From the human T2T-CHM13v2.0 reference genome, Homo sapiens: a DNA stretch of 64,000 bases. The translations under genes and the position numbers were made by a program. The stretch is from the NCBI RefSeq assembly GCF_009914755.1, contig NC_060942.1. One strand, written 5' to 3'. Each line of letters begins with the position of its first letter. The first letter of the stretch is position 1. Of this stretch, positions 41,440-57,000 are shown in pieces. The notes beneath the pieces are model-generated. The model saw only the letters and a list, made by a program, of their open reading frames with translations. It was not told the origin of the DNA and searched no databases.

Positions 41440-42450
41440 CACACACTCTTCACAACTTAGTATTGCTCATACCTTTAAATTCAGTCATTCTGTGATTCTA
41501 ATTTTGCCTTTTATAAATGACATTGGACAATTTCAATGTCTTCTTCAGTAAAGCTGATGATTCAAGTTGCTTGCTCATTTTTTCTGTTGGGTTGAGTGTC
41601 TTTCTCACAATAATTTGCAGGAGTCTTTATATGCTTTGGATAAATGAACTTGTTAAATACATGTATTAAAATATATTCTTCCATTCCATTCCACAGCTTG
41701 TTTTATTTTTCGTGATGAAGAAAGTTCTTATTTTTAAAGTATTCAAATTTACTGATATTTTTCTTTGTGATAAACTATTTTGTTTGTCCAATTTAAAAAT
41801 TATTTTCCTGTCCTGAAAATTTTTATGGATTATTCTAACTTACAACATCTGTAAGATTTATTATTTTTCCTTTCACACGTAGATCTACTTTCCACCTGGA
41901 ACAGATTTTGGTAGATTGCCTTAAGTACTGGGCTTTTTTGTATATGAGTACCCAGTTGTCCTAGAAGTATTTATTGAAAGTTATTTCTTTTTCATATTGA
42001 TCTGAAATGTCATTACTTTTTGGACATAAATATAATTGTCCTATGAGGGTAGGTCTGCTTTTGGGCTCTCGATTCTTTTCAAAGATTCCATTGGTTTATT
42101 TTTGCCCCAGTGTCCCAATGATAGAACCATGGCCCTAATATCCCTCTTAGTATCTTACCTTGTTCTTTCTTTGTAATATCTTAGCTATCCTCGGCCTTTT
42201 GCATTTCAATATAAATTATGAATCAGCTTGTCAATTCCTACTCTCCGAAAATGTTGGAGTTTTCACTGGAGTTTCATAGATCAATTTAAAAAGAACATAA
42301 ACTTCTAGTCTTTCAATCTATAAACAAAAAATATTCTCCATTTATTTAGCTTCCTTTAAATTTTCTTCAATAAAGTTTTATATTTTCTGTGTAGAGTTAC
42401 TGTACATTTTTGTTTATACCAGGCTATTGATATGCACACTAAGGAAAGTT
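41440..42450 (-). mobile_element. Old L1M fragment
   Basis: T-rich antisense L1 ORF2 motifs: tcagcttgtcaattcc, ttcatagatcaattt, cttctagtctttcaatcta, ctccatttatttag. Confidence 0.7.
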
Positions 42451-42565
42451 AGTTTGAGATATGGTATCAAGCCCCTCTCAGCTGAGAGTTCAATGATAGT
42501 ATCATAATGTGAATGATAACATTCATGGACCAGTCTGTCCTGGAAGTGTTTCTGATGAAGTCTAA

Positions 42566-42940
<375 letters not shown>

Positions 42941-43589
42941 TGAATGATATTACTAAAAATTGCTAAAGTTACTTCAGGTGAAAAGATACACTATGGTCTT
43001 TGGGGCCTACATAAAATGTTGCTTTGCTTATAAAACCATTTATTCTGTCAGCTAGTTAGTGAATGTTAATCCTCCTTCATATTTAGAGTCAGATCTTATC
43101 TCTTCAAGAAAGAATTTCTCTATTAGTCCAGCCCAGGCAAGCTCTATCACTTTCTCATGGTTTTAGCACTCATTGCATAAAGGTACTAGTGGAATTGGAG
43201 GTATGTGTGCCATATCCTTAATATGTTATTTAGATACATAGTAGATAACTGTGAAACTAAAAACGTTTTTACTCCTATTCTTATCCTGGCTTCTGATAGA
43301 ATTATCAGCACGCAACTGGCACTTAATGAATATATGTTGAACTCAATTGACCTCAACTTCTCATTGTGCATGGGCCATACTAAAACATATAAAGCTCCTG
43401 GAACACACTGGGTCTTTTCATACCTATTTCCTGCTTATGGATTTTTAAAATTCTTTAGATGAGAAAAAAGCATTCTTTACACTCTGCAAGATAAATTAAT
43501 ATTAGAAAAACTAATTTTCACAAGGCAAACGAGAAAATAAGTCGTAGTCACATACTTTATGAAAGGCAATGTGGAAAAATCTGTTGTTA

Positions 43590-45349
<1,760 letters not shown>

Positions 45350-45350
<1 letters not shown>

Positions 45351-48300
45351 AGGCCATCTGGTGCCTGGTTGTTTTCCTGGTAGTGGCAATAGATAGCCCA
45401 GCATAGATGAACAGGAGCCCCTGCTGTTGGGTCCATTTACAGCCACTCAGCTTACTTGTGGCCTCTGGAACTGCTTGCATCTAATTCCAGATGCATCACT
45501 TCCATTTTCCAGTGGGTCATGGTTGGGCTTGTTCAACCTTATGATTTAGTTCATGATAGGCCGTTTAGGCTGTATGATCACCTGATGCCCCATGGCTTAG
45601 CATTCCATCTCTACAGTGCCAGAATTTGCTTTTTGAAAGTTGAATAATTCTCTTCTGCAAGGTAAGATATTTTAGTTGAACCCTACTGTTGTTGAACCTT
45701 AATTCTTCCAGTGGGACTTTCTGTAAACTCTGTATGACATCTTTTCCCACCATAGACAATTATACCATAGAGTAAGCTGGGTCTCATGGCCCAAGTGGTA
45801 GGGCTGCTTGCTTCATAGCCTGGACCATTGTAGTGTCCATTTCTGCTATGCCTTTGGAAATATATCACTTAATTCAGTAAATTCAGAATCATATTCTCAA
45901 GTGTGGAATATTCTGCCTCATGAGACTGGAGAAGTATCCCAAGCATTGTCCTTCCTTCTTCGTGTTGGAGGTGTGGGTGGCATAATTTTTCCTTTACCTT
46001 ATAGATGACTTTCTGGAATGCCTCAGACTATTCTAATCCTAAAAACTTCACCAATGAGACATACCTTATGTCTTCATACAGTTTTTAATGCCCTCTCTCT
46101 GGACTGTGTGTGTCTTAACAGTCATTCAACACACTTGACATATCTTGTTCATCCAGTATCATTACAATGATGTTATCAATATGCCTAGTGTCCCATGTCA
46201 CTTTGGACTGGAATTATGACAAATAATAGGAAAAGTAGTATAGCCCAGTGGTAAGACCATAAATATATGCTATTGTCTACCCCAGGTAAAGACAAACTAT
46301 TTCTGAAAAATGTATCCACTAGCTTAGTATCCTGTCCATCTGATGCAGCATAAATCTGCTGGAGCAAAATACTCCATCAGGTAACACAGCTGTAACTGGG
46401 GTTACCAGAATACAGAGTTTGCAGTTGAACATAGCATCTTTCATCATCTTTTTACCTCATCCTTTAGGTCTTTAAGTATGTGGCACTAACATATGTCATT
46501 CTACATAAAATGCATTATTTTTTAAAATTTACTGTATTGGCTGTGGTATTGGCAGTTTTAGAAGCGTCTCCTTGGACTTCTTAACCACAGGCTAAGGAAC
46601 AGCATGGAGATTTACCAATTACCAAGTTACCCCATTATAAGTACTAATTCATGTACCAGAGAAATGGCCACTGGATGGGTGTGTGCACCTATGGAACTTA
46701 CTATGAGATGAACCTGTGCCAGAATTCCATATATTATCCTTACTACATGCGCATTCTCACAGAGGCCATATGGCCTTTCGGGTCTCTAGTTATCAATGTC
46801 TACTTGGGCACCATATTCAGTAGCCCCTGAGACATCTGTGTGCACTCCTTTTCCTCATGTATGGATCCAGGTAAATGTTTCTAGGTCCTTTGTGGGAAGG
46901 ACTGAGTGGCATTGCAATTTCTTTCTTCTCATGATCAAGATTTTCTTTCATTCGGTGGCCTCTGTTTCTGAGCACTAGCTCAGATCTGGAAACTTGGCAA
47001 GGTATAAGGATTTCTACTGGGATTTCCACCCTTGATTTCTTCTGATTAGTTAAGACTGAGAAATTCTCATTGATTGCATCTCTATCTTATTCCTAGGAAA
47101 GCCAAGGGACCTTCTCCATGATTCTTTCTATGTGGGCCACATCCTTCCCCCATTACCTGCAACTCTGACTTGTCCCTTTAATACGTATTGTTTCTGCCTG
47201 GCTTCTGATAGTTTAATTCCACTATATCTGCCTTCAACAGTTTTGAGGTCCTATTGTTGTCATTAATAGACAATCTAGTTTTTAAGCACATCTCCTATCA
47301 ACAATTGTAGCTTATAGAAGATAGTCAGCATTGGGATTCTCAACAACACTAGTGCATCTCTCACTAGTGTGCTGCCCAGAAATCTGATAAGTGGCTCTCC
47401 ACATAACAGGTTCTGTGGGCCTTCCACAGAATAAAATTGGTTACTAGTGTTTCTAACTTATATCATGTATTCACTCTAACATGTTACCTTCTGTGAGAAT
47501 TTTGACCTTTTTTTTTTCACTGTCTGCTATGGAAATCATAGCATTTATTTTTCAATCTCCAGTTGCAATCACTTCCCCAAGTTTCTAAGAGCCATCCTAA
47601 TGACATGTTAGAACCATCTGTCAGTCTCCTTGTCAGAAGATTACATTCTATTACATTCTACTTCAAATTCAGGTGAACATTTTCATATCAATAAACTCTG
47701 CTTTACCTAACTTTATGTTTGATTACCCCTTCTCCCAATCCAGTACCCTAAGGTTCAGCCCTGTACATTCTCCTTTGTCTCCTGTTGATACACATTGTGT
47801 AACTTCTGCAGCTATTCCCAGCAGTATTTTCTTTCTTCCCTTGAGGATCCAGCATCCAGCACATTTATGGTGGTATCTATTGTAGTTTAACAGTGGCTAT
47901 TGGTCTTGTGATTAGAATAAGATATGGGACTATTGCCTGAGGCAGGTAAATGCTTTCTTGCAAGGCAAAAATATTTACATCGTCCTTCAACAAAGGGAAA
48001 ACAATAGACTTTTTCAAGAAGTGGACTACCTTTGTAGGCCACAGAGCTTCAGAATATTTGAGGGGAGAGGTCAAGATTTTTAAGTGTCTTGAAATTGGTG
48101 ACCTATTTCTTGTCCCAGAATCCCAGTATGTCTCAATCATAGCCCTGACCTTGAAATAACAGGCTTGTCAAAGTGGAGAAGCCAATATTTTCTAGAGCTC
48201 TGACACCTATTATTATGTTCCAGGCCTGATCTTCATCTTTTTCTTCCCAACAACTGCAGGATATTAGCATCGTTTTATATGCTAGTAAGGATCCCTCCTA

Positions 48301-48490
48301 ACTTTGCCTTATATTGTTGATTAATGCTCCTTGTCTTCTCAACTTTTTTGTAATTAATAAATATTGTATAACACCAGTCATTCAATTCAATTTTCTCTTT
48401 TCTCAAATATTTCAAAACCCTGATATATGACCTCACCAACGCATGAGCTTCTTTAGAATCTGTTCTGAGGACTGCCCTTGGTAGTAGAGT
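45350..48490 (-). mobile_element. Old ERVL internal region (HERVL40-like) with gag/pro/pol relics, 3'-truncated
   Basis: Reverse strand: RT YIDD-like HIDNII (46166-46183), protease-like GLLN(M)..AQ (~46805-46828), RNaseH-region similarity ~45450-45850, gag-like 47100-48150. Confidence 0.7.
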
Positions 48491-48930
48491 GTTACTGGGC
48501 ACATTGCCTAGGAAACATTCTCTGAAGCAGAGGTTTGCATGGTGGTGGTGATCAGACATTGTTCTCAGGAAAAAAAAAAATGCTTTATGAGTGAAGAAAG
48601 AAGAATTGGATATTAAAAAAAATCCCTCATGATATAATAACAACTGAAGGCTCAGTTGACTCAGTGTGAAGTTTTTAGCCTGGAAGTCCCTTTAGATATA
48701 TGCCAAATTGAGGTGAGAGTCTTACATACACATCAAAGATGTGAATGTGGGAAGTTCTTGCTTGGAGAGTGGGTAAAGCCTTGAGCAAAAGAGCTTCTTT
48801 AAAAGGAAAGCAATTCCTGCGGATGTACTCAGCTCTAAGTCATGATAATGCAACACTTCTGACAGTCTGGAGAAAAGTTCTGGAATCTTAAAAAAGGTAT
48901 CTGACCAAGATGCCAGAGGATCTAATCCAT
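48490..48930 (-). mobile_element. LTR40-like ERVL 5' LTR
   Basis: ggaaacattctctgaagcagaggtttgcatg, caactgaaggctcagttgactc, gccaaattgaggtgag; directly upstream of the minus-strand internal region. Confidence 0.6.
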
Positions 48931-51118
48931 CATGTTTTCAACAAATGATAAGGCACATCAATAGTATTAACGAAATGACTTCATCATGTATATGTGTTTT
49001 TGCTTAGGTTGTTTATGAAATAATGTTCACTAACACGTTAGTATGAGTTATTTCAAGGCAAGAAAAAAGTCTGACACTGTTTATGTATGCTTTTCCTTAT
49101 ACTGTGTATGTTCCTTCAATTTCTTTAAAAAGAAATGCCATGTGCCTATTTTTATTGTTAAAATATTTTTTAAAAAATTAAAAACATCATCAAGAAATAA
49201 CTTAGGTTCTGTCTTCCTTGAAATCCTGGCATGCTTTTACATTTTTAGTTTCTGAATCACAGAAAAGACCAATGAGTTTATGTTTATTCAACAAATCTTT
49301 ATAATTCAAATCAGACTTATTTTTATCTTGTTTCTGTTTCAAAAAGTTTAAATTAAATATTTGTAATCACTCTCCTGTTTCTTTGTTAATGTATATTAAA
49401 TCTCTCATATCTTCTATAAACACCATTTAAATGAACTGAGTCCCTCTTTAACTGTTTATATTTCTTGTTTCTGTTTTATAGCTTTTGCAACTACAGTACA
49501 CTTTGGTGTCATTTTAATTTCTAGGTGAAATTTGTGTTATCTTTGGTGACATTTTTCAAGAAATTGTTTATAGGTCAATCTCTTCATGTTCTCTGTGGAT
49601 ACTGTCATTTTCCTCAATAAGGCCTTTAACAGGCTCTTTCTCCCTGAACTGCAGCTTGCAGTGAGACTAACAGGCTTTTGAAGTTGCTTGTTAGATTTTC
49701 TTTGATGTTCTTCTGAAGATTGTAGAGAACACAATCAACCCCTGGTGTGTTCATATATGTTTTTGATGTCTTTTCAAATCCAATTTTTGTTCTAAAGTGA
49801 AGTTCACAACCATATTTCTAACAGTTTTTGTTCTTCTGAACTAACATCTTTCAGCCTTTCTCAATCACTGTGATAACACTAAAATTTCTGCTTTCATTGT
49901 AGTCCTTAAAATTGAAAATATAAAAATTAAGGTATTTATATATGTTTGTGAGAGAACTAGTTGTAAGTTAGAACAGGTCATGATTCTTTAAAATTTTACA
50001 ATTTAATTGGAATTTATATTTATTTTATTAAGGGATATTTTGGATAAAATCAAAGTAGCAGGAAGAGATGGAGTAACAAGCAGACTCACAGAACATAGTT
50101 TATCTTTCTTGAGTCATTTTTACTAAAAATGAGAGGCTATTTCTCACTAATTACTCTAAAAGGAAGCTTTGTAATTAACTGGGTGACTGATTAGCAGCTT
50201 TTACTTAGGGAATATAATGCGCCATTATTGCTAATGAGATTCCCCAAATCATAGCCTCAACGCTAATAGTCAGGCATTCTAGTAGCAAAAATGTGAATTC
50301 TTCTGCTCCTTCTTCTTTCATGTATTACCCTGCTATCAGTTAAATGCCAGTGAAAATTCATTATGGCTACCTCTTAATTAGGGACTGAGCAATGCAAACA
50401 ATTATATGTACAACGGGCGTATGCTCCAGCGAAAGTCAAACTGAATAGGATTTGTAAAAGTCTGTACAACTACCTCAGTAATAGTTTCTAATGGCTATAA
50501 TAAATGGATAAACAAGGATTTAGAAATTAAGTGATTCTTATTTGCCCTAATGCTATTTCTATTGAATCTTAGTACACTTAGACTAATTATATCTATTGAA
50601 AACTTATGTATTCTTAATAGAAATTAAAAGAATCATGCCTAATATTTGATGTTCCAGGGCTCAGTTTTCTGCACCTGCCTTGGTATTTGACAACTCCAGC
50701 CAATTTTCCACTTGCTTCCTCACCAATGCTTCTTCAGCTTGAAGACTAACATCTAGAAGAGTCATGAAGTCTAAAGTCAAGAGGAGTCTTATCTTCTAGA
50801 AAGTTTTTCAAACATCCCAACCTCAAAAAGTTTGGCTAAATGGTGTTCTTCTACAGCCCCACACATGCAAACATCTTTATTGCACTTGTGTCATTATTTT
50901 TTCTTCGTATATGTGTTTTTCTATAAGTACATTTATATGAAGGTATATTTTGAAATAAAGACACTTCCTCAACATTTATTCCTGAACCTGGTACAGAATA
51001 GATGAACAATCCATGTTAATTTTCTAAAATGAATGTTATTTTTTTCAATTTTCTACCAAGATAGCAAATTCCTAAGGCTGCATTATTCTTTCCTCAAAAT
51101 ATCATAGAAGAAACTATA

Positions 51119-51205
51119 AAGGGAAAACTAAAATCCAAGAAATAAAACAACAATAAAACACCATGAATAATGCCTTAGATGCAGGTGCAGAAAGGAAAAG
51201 AGACA
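51119..51205 (+). repeat. 87-bp direct repeat, copy 1
   Basis: aagggaaaactaaaatcc...gaaaagagaca; 84/87 identical to 52511-52597. Confidence 0.95.
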
Positions 51206-51214
51206 GAAAATAAT

Positions 51215-52185
51215 ACATGCAGATTTTGGCAAAAGGCCCAATATAAAAAAGAAAATATTGATAAGTTATATGACATTAAAATTATAAACTTCTGTTCACC
51301 AAAAGACTCCAATAGGAAGTGAAAACTGCAAAGCAGAGAGAGTGAGAGTCAATTTTTGCCATTCATATAGTAGACAAGAGACAAATCTAGAATACACTGA
51401 AAATATCACTAAGTCAATAGAATAAAATGCAAATAACCACACACCACAGGATAGGCATATACTTGAATGCTCACTTCACTAAAGAAATAACAAAATCTTT
51501 ATTAAGAAGGTAAGAAGATTCTCAGTTTCAGGCCTGGCGCAGTGGCTCACACCTGTAATCCCAACACTTTGGAAGGCTGAGGCAAACTGATTGCTTAAGC
51601 CCAGGAGTTTGAGACCAGCCTAGGCAACATAGTAGGACCCGTCTCTATAACAACAACAATAATAATACAATAAAATAATAAAAATCATGCTGAGCTTCAT
51701 CAGTACACAAGCACAACTTTGATTAGGTACCACTGCACCAGAGGGATCAAATTTAAAAGTCTATTTATAGTGTGTTGTAAAAAAAAAAAAAAACTAGTAG
51801 AATAACTGCAATGCTTGTACCTACTTGTAGGAATGTAGAAATTGCCTCAATTTGTCTAGGAAATAATTGAGCATATACTAATTCAGACCACATATCTATA
51901 ATATATGCAAAAATTCCACTATTGGGTATGTTTCCAGTAGAATTGTGCATGTCTGTGCACCCTATTTGCAAAACCAATAGCAACAAAATAATTAAAAGCA
52001 ACCTAAATGTTGATTAATAACAGATTGCATAAATAAATTATGATTTATTCAAACAGTAGAATATTATGCAGTAATGAAAATAAGCAAACTGCTCCTATAT
52101 GAAACATCATAGATGTGTCTCCTAAACACAATGAGAAAAAAAAAAAACAGTGATAAACGAGGACATATTACATGGTTTCAGAAAT
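51215..52185 (+). mobile_element. Old L1M (L1ME-like) 3' fragment
   Basis: cattaaaattataaacttctgttcaccaaaagac, aattccactattgggtat, caacctaaatgt, gaatattatgcagtaatgaaaa. Confidence 0.72.
51531..51685 (+). mobile_element. FLAM_C / Alu monomer
   Basis: ggcctggcgcagtggctcac...gcccaggagtttgagaccagcctaggcaacatag, then A-rich tail. Confidence 0.85.
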
Positions 52186-52510
52186 CCAGAGAGAAAACAA
52201 CAGCATCAGCAGAATAAAAATAATTCCTGACCTATGAGACCCATTTCACCAAGCAAACGGAACAAATTCCTAGCTGGTACGTATTCTGAGAAAAGGTAAG
52301 GTAGAAACTTATCTGGAATTTGAGTAATTACTTTATAACCAGAAATAAATAGATGAAGTTACATCACAGAGCTTTTAAGATGAATTTCTTATACACTTTA
52401 CAAGTGAATAAATGATACTTAGGGACATGAATGTCATCGTGTGTGTCATTGTCTATCAGTTACTTTGAACAACTGCATGAATCAAATGGAAAATTTCCCT
52501 TCTCCCCCCC

Positions 52511-52597
52511 AAGGGAAAACTAAAATCCAAGAAATAAAACAACATTAAAACACCATGAATAATGCCTTAGATGCTGGTGCAGAAAGAAAAAGAGACA
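52511..52597 (+). repeat. 87-bp direct repeat, copy 2
   Basis: Matches 51119-51205 with 3 substitutions. Confidence 0.95.
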
Positions 52598-53972
52598 TGC
52601 ATTCTGCATGCAAGAATGTTTGGTTATAACTTGACAACTTTACTCAATGTTCATGATTCCTTTTTGCATGATATATGCGACAAGTTTGAATGGCTATTGA
52701 TGCTTAGATTTTACATTTATCTAAGAATATTCACATGCATTCAAGCTGTATGCTTTTTAAGTCAAAGCTAAAATACACTCTCTTCTAAGAAGCATTTTTA
52801 GTACATTACAGGTCAAAATAATTTATTTTTCTGCTAGAGTAATAGCCATTACTGTCTCTAAAACTTAATCAAAAATTAATGACTTAATTGCTAAACAAAG
52901 CTATTGCATTAAGTTCTTTTATTCATTTTATTGCTAAATAGTTCACGTGCTTTTACTATTTTATGTTCAGAGAAAAAGTAAGCTTCTTAAAAGTGTTATA
53001 TTTGTACTTATAAATAAATAAGTCTTAGAGTATCTATTGAAATGCACATATTGGTATCAAAACACTTATATACACATTGATATTCTCCTGTGTAAACATA
53101 CAATAAAATTAACTTGAGTCAAACTAGGTGTAAAATTTTGCAGTTCTTACAAGAAGTTTTCTGTAGGTGCTAGACATCATTTATTACTGTTCAATATTTA
53201 GATTTTGGTGACTACAAAGTGTTGTTTACCAATAAATAATAATTTTTTAAAAAAGATTGACCATTATAGAAGAATAATTCATTCTGTAAAGTAGTAGAAA
53301 ATTTAATATTTTCATAATGATTGAGTATATACACATATGCTTATAGAACCATATTATATAGTTAATATTTATAACTATTAAAATGTGAAACTTTTATTAT
53401 CATAATTTCAATGTAAATAGTATTATTATCATAGAAATTTTTCTCCCACATCCATGAAGCTCTAATCACTTATTCTATATTCATTCAAATTATCTTTTAA
53501 ACATGATCATATCTTAATTACTAAAAACACATATCTTTACTCTTGCACCGGTATTATGTTTATAAAATATCATTTTTAACATTTTAAAGCTGCTTAGACC
53601 TTTAATAAAATAAATTTTGAGGGATAAGGAAGCCATAAGGAATAGACAGCTTTAAAGACCTGTGATAGCTCATTTTCCCAGAAGACTTTGAAGCAAGAGA
53701 TGTAATTTTCACTATTACAGTCATCCATTTACTCTAAAAACAGAAACACAGTATCTATCATTTGGATATCTTTAAATAGCCTACTATAACACATTCCTGA
53801 TAATTGAACTTTCGGGCTGTTAGGCCATAAGAGAGTAACTTAAAACACAGTAATCCTTGAGTTATTCTCCATCCGTGGTAAGGAGTACATTTCCCATATC
53901 ATGAATTAGGGTTTTTTGTTTGTTTGTTTGTTTTGTTTTGTTTGTGTATTTGTGTGTGTGAGTGTGTGTGTG

Positions 53973-54603
53973 TGTATTAGTCCATTTCCATGCCACTGAT
54001 AAAGACATACCCGAGACTGGGCATTTTACAAAAGAAAGAGGTTTAATGGACTTACTGTTCCATGTGGCTGGGGAGGCCTTAAAATCATGGCGGAAGGCAA
54101 GGAGGATCAAGTCACGTTTACTACGCGGATGGCGGCAGGCAAAGAGAGACAGCTTGTGCAGAGAAACTCCCCCTTATAAAACCAACACATCAGGCCGAGG
54201 CGGGCGGATCACGAGGTCAGGAGATCGAGACCATCCTGGCTAACACGGTGAAACCCCGTCTCTACTAAAAATACAAAAAACTAGCCGGGCGAGGTGGTGG
54301 GCGCCTGTAGTCCCAGCTACTCGGGAAGCTGAGGCAGGAGAATGGCGTGAACCCCGGGGGGCGGAGCCTGCAGTGAGCCGAGATCGCGCCACTGCACTCC
54401 AGCCTGGGCGACAGCGAGACAATGTCTCAAAAAAAAAAAAAAAAAAAAACAAAAACTAACACATCTCAAAAAACTTATTCACTATCACGAGAACAGCATG
54501 GGAAAGACCTGCCCCCATGATTCAATTACCTCCCACTGGGTCCCTCGGACAACACGTGGCAATTTAAAATGAAATTTGGATGAGACACAGTGAAACTATA
54601 TCC
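53973..54603 (-). mobile_element. THE1B-like solo LTR split by AluY
   Basis: tgtattagtccatttccatgccactgataaagacatacccgag...catgattcaattacctcccactgggtccctc...ctatatc. Confidence 0.9.
54192..54451 (+). mobile_element. 5'-truncated young AluY (AluYe5-like)
   Basis: Starts at aggccgaggcgggcgg. Diagnostics gggcgaggtgg, gaaccccggggggcggagcctgcag, gacagcgagac; CpGs largely intact. TSD aaaac(c/t)aacacatc at 54178-54191 and 54452-54465. Confidence 0.9.
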
Positions 54604-56053
54604 TCTTGTTTTTGGAAACTCAGTGCCCCTTACTTATAATGTCAAAAGTTACTGATGAATTCTTTTATCTCTGAAGTTACTGGTAAAATTTATCAGAAGA
54701 CTTGGTCTTGCCCTTTTAGTTGTATTTATTTGTTTTTTGAGTGTTTACCGTTGATGATGAATTAGCTCCAAGCATTCAGGATGAGCCTGTGCCTTAGTTT
54801 TATATAACAGTTCTTATTGCAATGTCAAAACAGTGATAGTCATCAAAAATGTTTCCTCTGATAGCACGTTATTCAAGTACTTCACCTCTTAACTAATGTG
54901 ATAATGTAGTAAATAAAATATCTATTTTTTAAAATGAGAACTACAAGGCTGAATGTACCCTTTTCGATATAATGAATGTATCATTTTAGAAGATTATAAG
55001 TGACCCTATGAAATGTTGCTTTACTTATACCTTCTCTATGCAAAATCAACAGGTACTATCTGATGTGCTTGGTTATGACTTTTCCGGATCAAACAGATTA
55101 GGAAAGGCAATATTTTTTGCACATGTGAAAAGTTATAAAAAGGGAAAAATAGTTTGTTTGTATATAAGAAGTTTTGAAATTGCCTTATCAGAAGAGAGGG
55201 AAGGGTATTTAAGCATTCAAACAGCATGGATACTGGGGCAGACAATATAGAGATAAGTCATTTACAGATATTTTTATTATATCATACTGATGAACAACAA
55301 TACATTCTTGTGTTTCCTCCCCTTAAAATATCCTTTGTCTACCTTTTTATTTGAAACTATTTTCTCAGAAGCTCGGGGATTTAAGAAATTATCTGTTTAA
55401 ATAAAATGTATTTTTCCTAAATATATTTTTTCCTCAAGATTTAGCAATTTATATTTTTAAAAATGAAAATGGGCTTAATTTTATATGGGAAGCAGATAGA
55501 TATGTTGTTACTTTGGGAGTAGCTTTAATATTTCACATAAATATACTTCTCTTCCAAATATATGCAGGATCAGACAGATACTTTTCATAGACTATTAGAG
55601 TCCAGCGCAAAATGGTTTTTTCCTGTTTCTTAAAACATGGGAACTCATTATAGGAGTCCAGGAATAAGAGAGGTAATATAAAATTTATTAAATATGGGAT
55701 TTAGGTAAGTTGATCAAATCTGAATCTTACAACTGAAGAACATTATCAAGCTTCATAAATGAAATAGGTGTGCATGTGTATGTGTGTGGTGTGTACATAT
55801 ATGTATATATGGCATTCTTGTTTTCTACATGGCATGATAATGTAAAATATAACAAATTAATACATTATGAGATCACTAAACATGCAATGGTCTTAGAATG
55901 ATAAATCAGAGGTAAATTACCTTTTAAATATATGTCTGCATAGAATTCAGCAAGAAAATTTTGTACCTTAATTTGCATTCTTCCTTTGATAACTACTCAA
56001 CTCCATTAAATGGGGCAATCGGGAAAGGGATTAAGAAATTGGCCACATGGGGC

Positions 56054-56260
56054 AAAGAAAAAGAAAAGAAAAGAAAAAGAAAGAAAATGGGGAAAGGAAA
56101 GAAAAAAGGAAAGAAAGGAAGGAAGAAAGGAAAGAAAGAGAAGAAAGAAAGAGAAAGAAGAAAGAGAGAAGGAAAGAGAGAAAAAGAAAGACAGAGAGAA
56201 GAAAGAAAGAAAGAAAAAGAGAAAAAAAGAAAGAAAGAAAAAGAAAGAAAAAAGAGGGAG
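56054..56260. repeat. Polypurine (AAAG/AGAA/AAGG) low-complexity tract
   Basis: About 205 bp almost entirely A/G. Confidence 0.95.
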
Positions 56261-56291
56261 TACAAAATGAAGACACATTTTTTTTCTTTGC

Positions 56292-57000
56292 TGGGGCTCA
56301 AAAAAGGATACCCTTTGAAATGCTGAGTTCTTTGAACTGAAAGACTGGAAGGCCTCAGAAGCACCCTCAGAGGGAAATTCTCTCTGACCTTCTACTGTCT
56401 TCTGTCTCTTCCCTCTTTCTCCTGTGAAGCAAATCACAGAAACCAGAATTCCTCTTCCCCATGGTAGCTCACAGAAACTAGAACCTATCCCCTCTACTAC
56501 AAAGCCAGCCATAGAACCTGTAATCATCACTCTAACCTCCCGCCATCTTTCTGTATAAGAGCTGGCCATAAAGAAATTCACTGACCTATCTTGTCTGATG
56601 GTAGGTCCTATGACCCTCATTTATAAAGGATATTCTAAAACCTCATAAATGTCCTGACCCATACCTAAAATTTTAAAAACTGCACAGACAGGCCAAGAAG
56701 AATCTGAACAGAGAGGCCCTGCTGGACATTCCCCCTCATTCTGTTACCATTAGGTCATAACTTTTTTTGTCCAATCCCATTTATACACAGCTGTATGTTT
56801 TTCATTAAAACTAAGCATAAAAATAGATTGTTTTCACTGGTCCTTTGGATCTTCATACCTGAAGGCTCCCACGTCACCTAAAACTTTGATTAAATCAATT
56901 TGTTATGTTTTCTTTTGCTAACCTGTCTTTTGAATAGCAGTGTCAGCCATGATCTTTATGATGAGTGAGGAAAGGTATAACACCTGTCTGCACCTATACC
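56292..57000 (+). mobile_element. ERV1 solo LTR, MER39/MER31-group
   Basis: atgctgagttctttgaactg...ggaaggcctcagaagca, gagctggccataaagaaatt, caggccaagaagaatctgaacag, gaaggctcccacgtcac. Confidence 0.72.

Noticed and set aside
49537-49734. 65-aa minus-strand ORF vaguely like a hAT transposase C-terminus (PVSLTASC...RLT)
   Set aside because: Similarity too weak to support by eye and no TIRs found; would need a Dfam/HMM search.
55961-56620. Overlapping long ORFs (K/R/E-rich and F/S/L-rich, up to 204 aa)
   Set aside because: Artefact of the stop-free polypurine tract plus LTR sequence.
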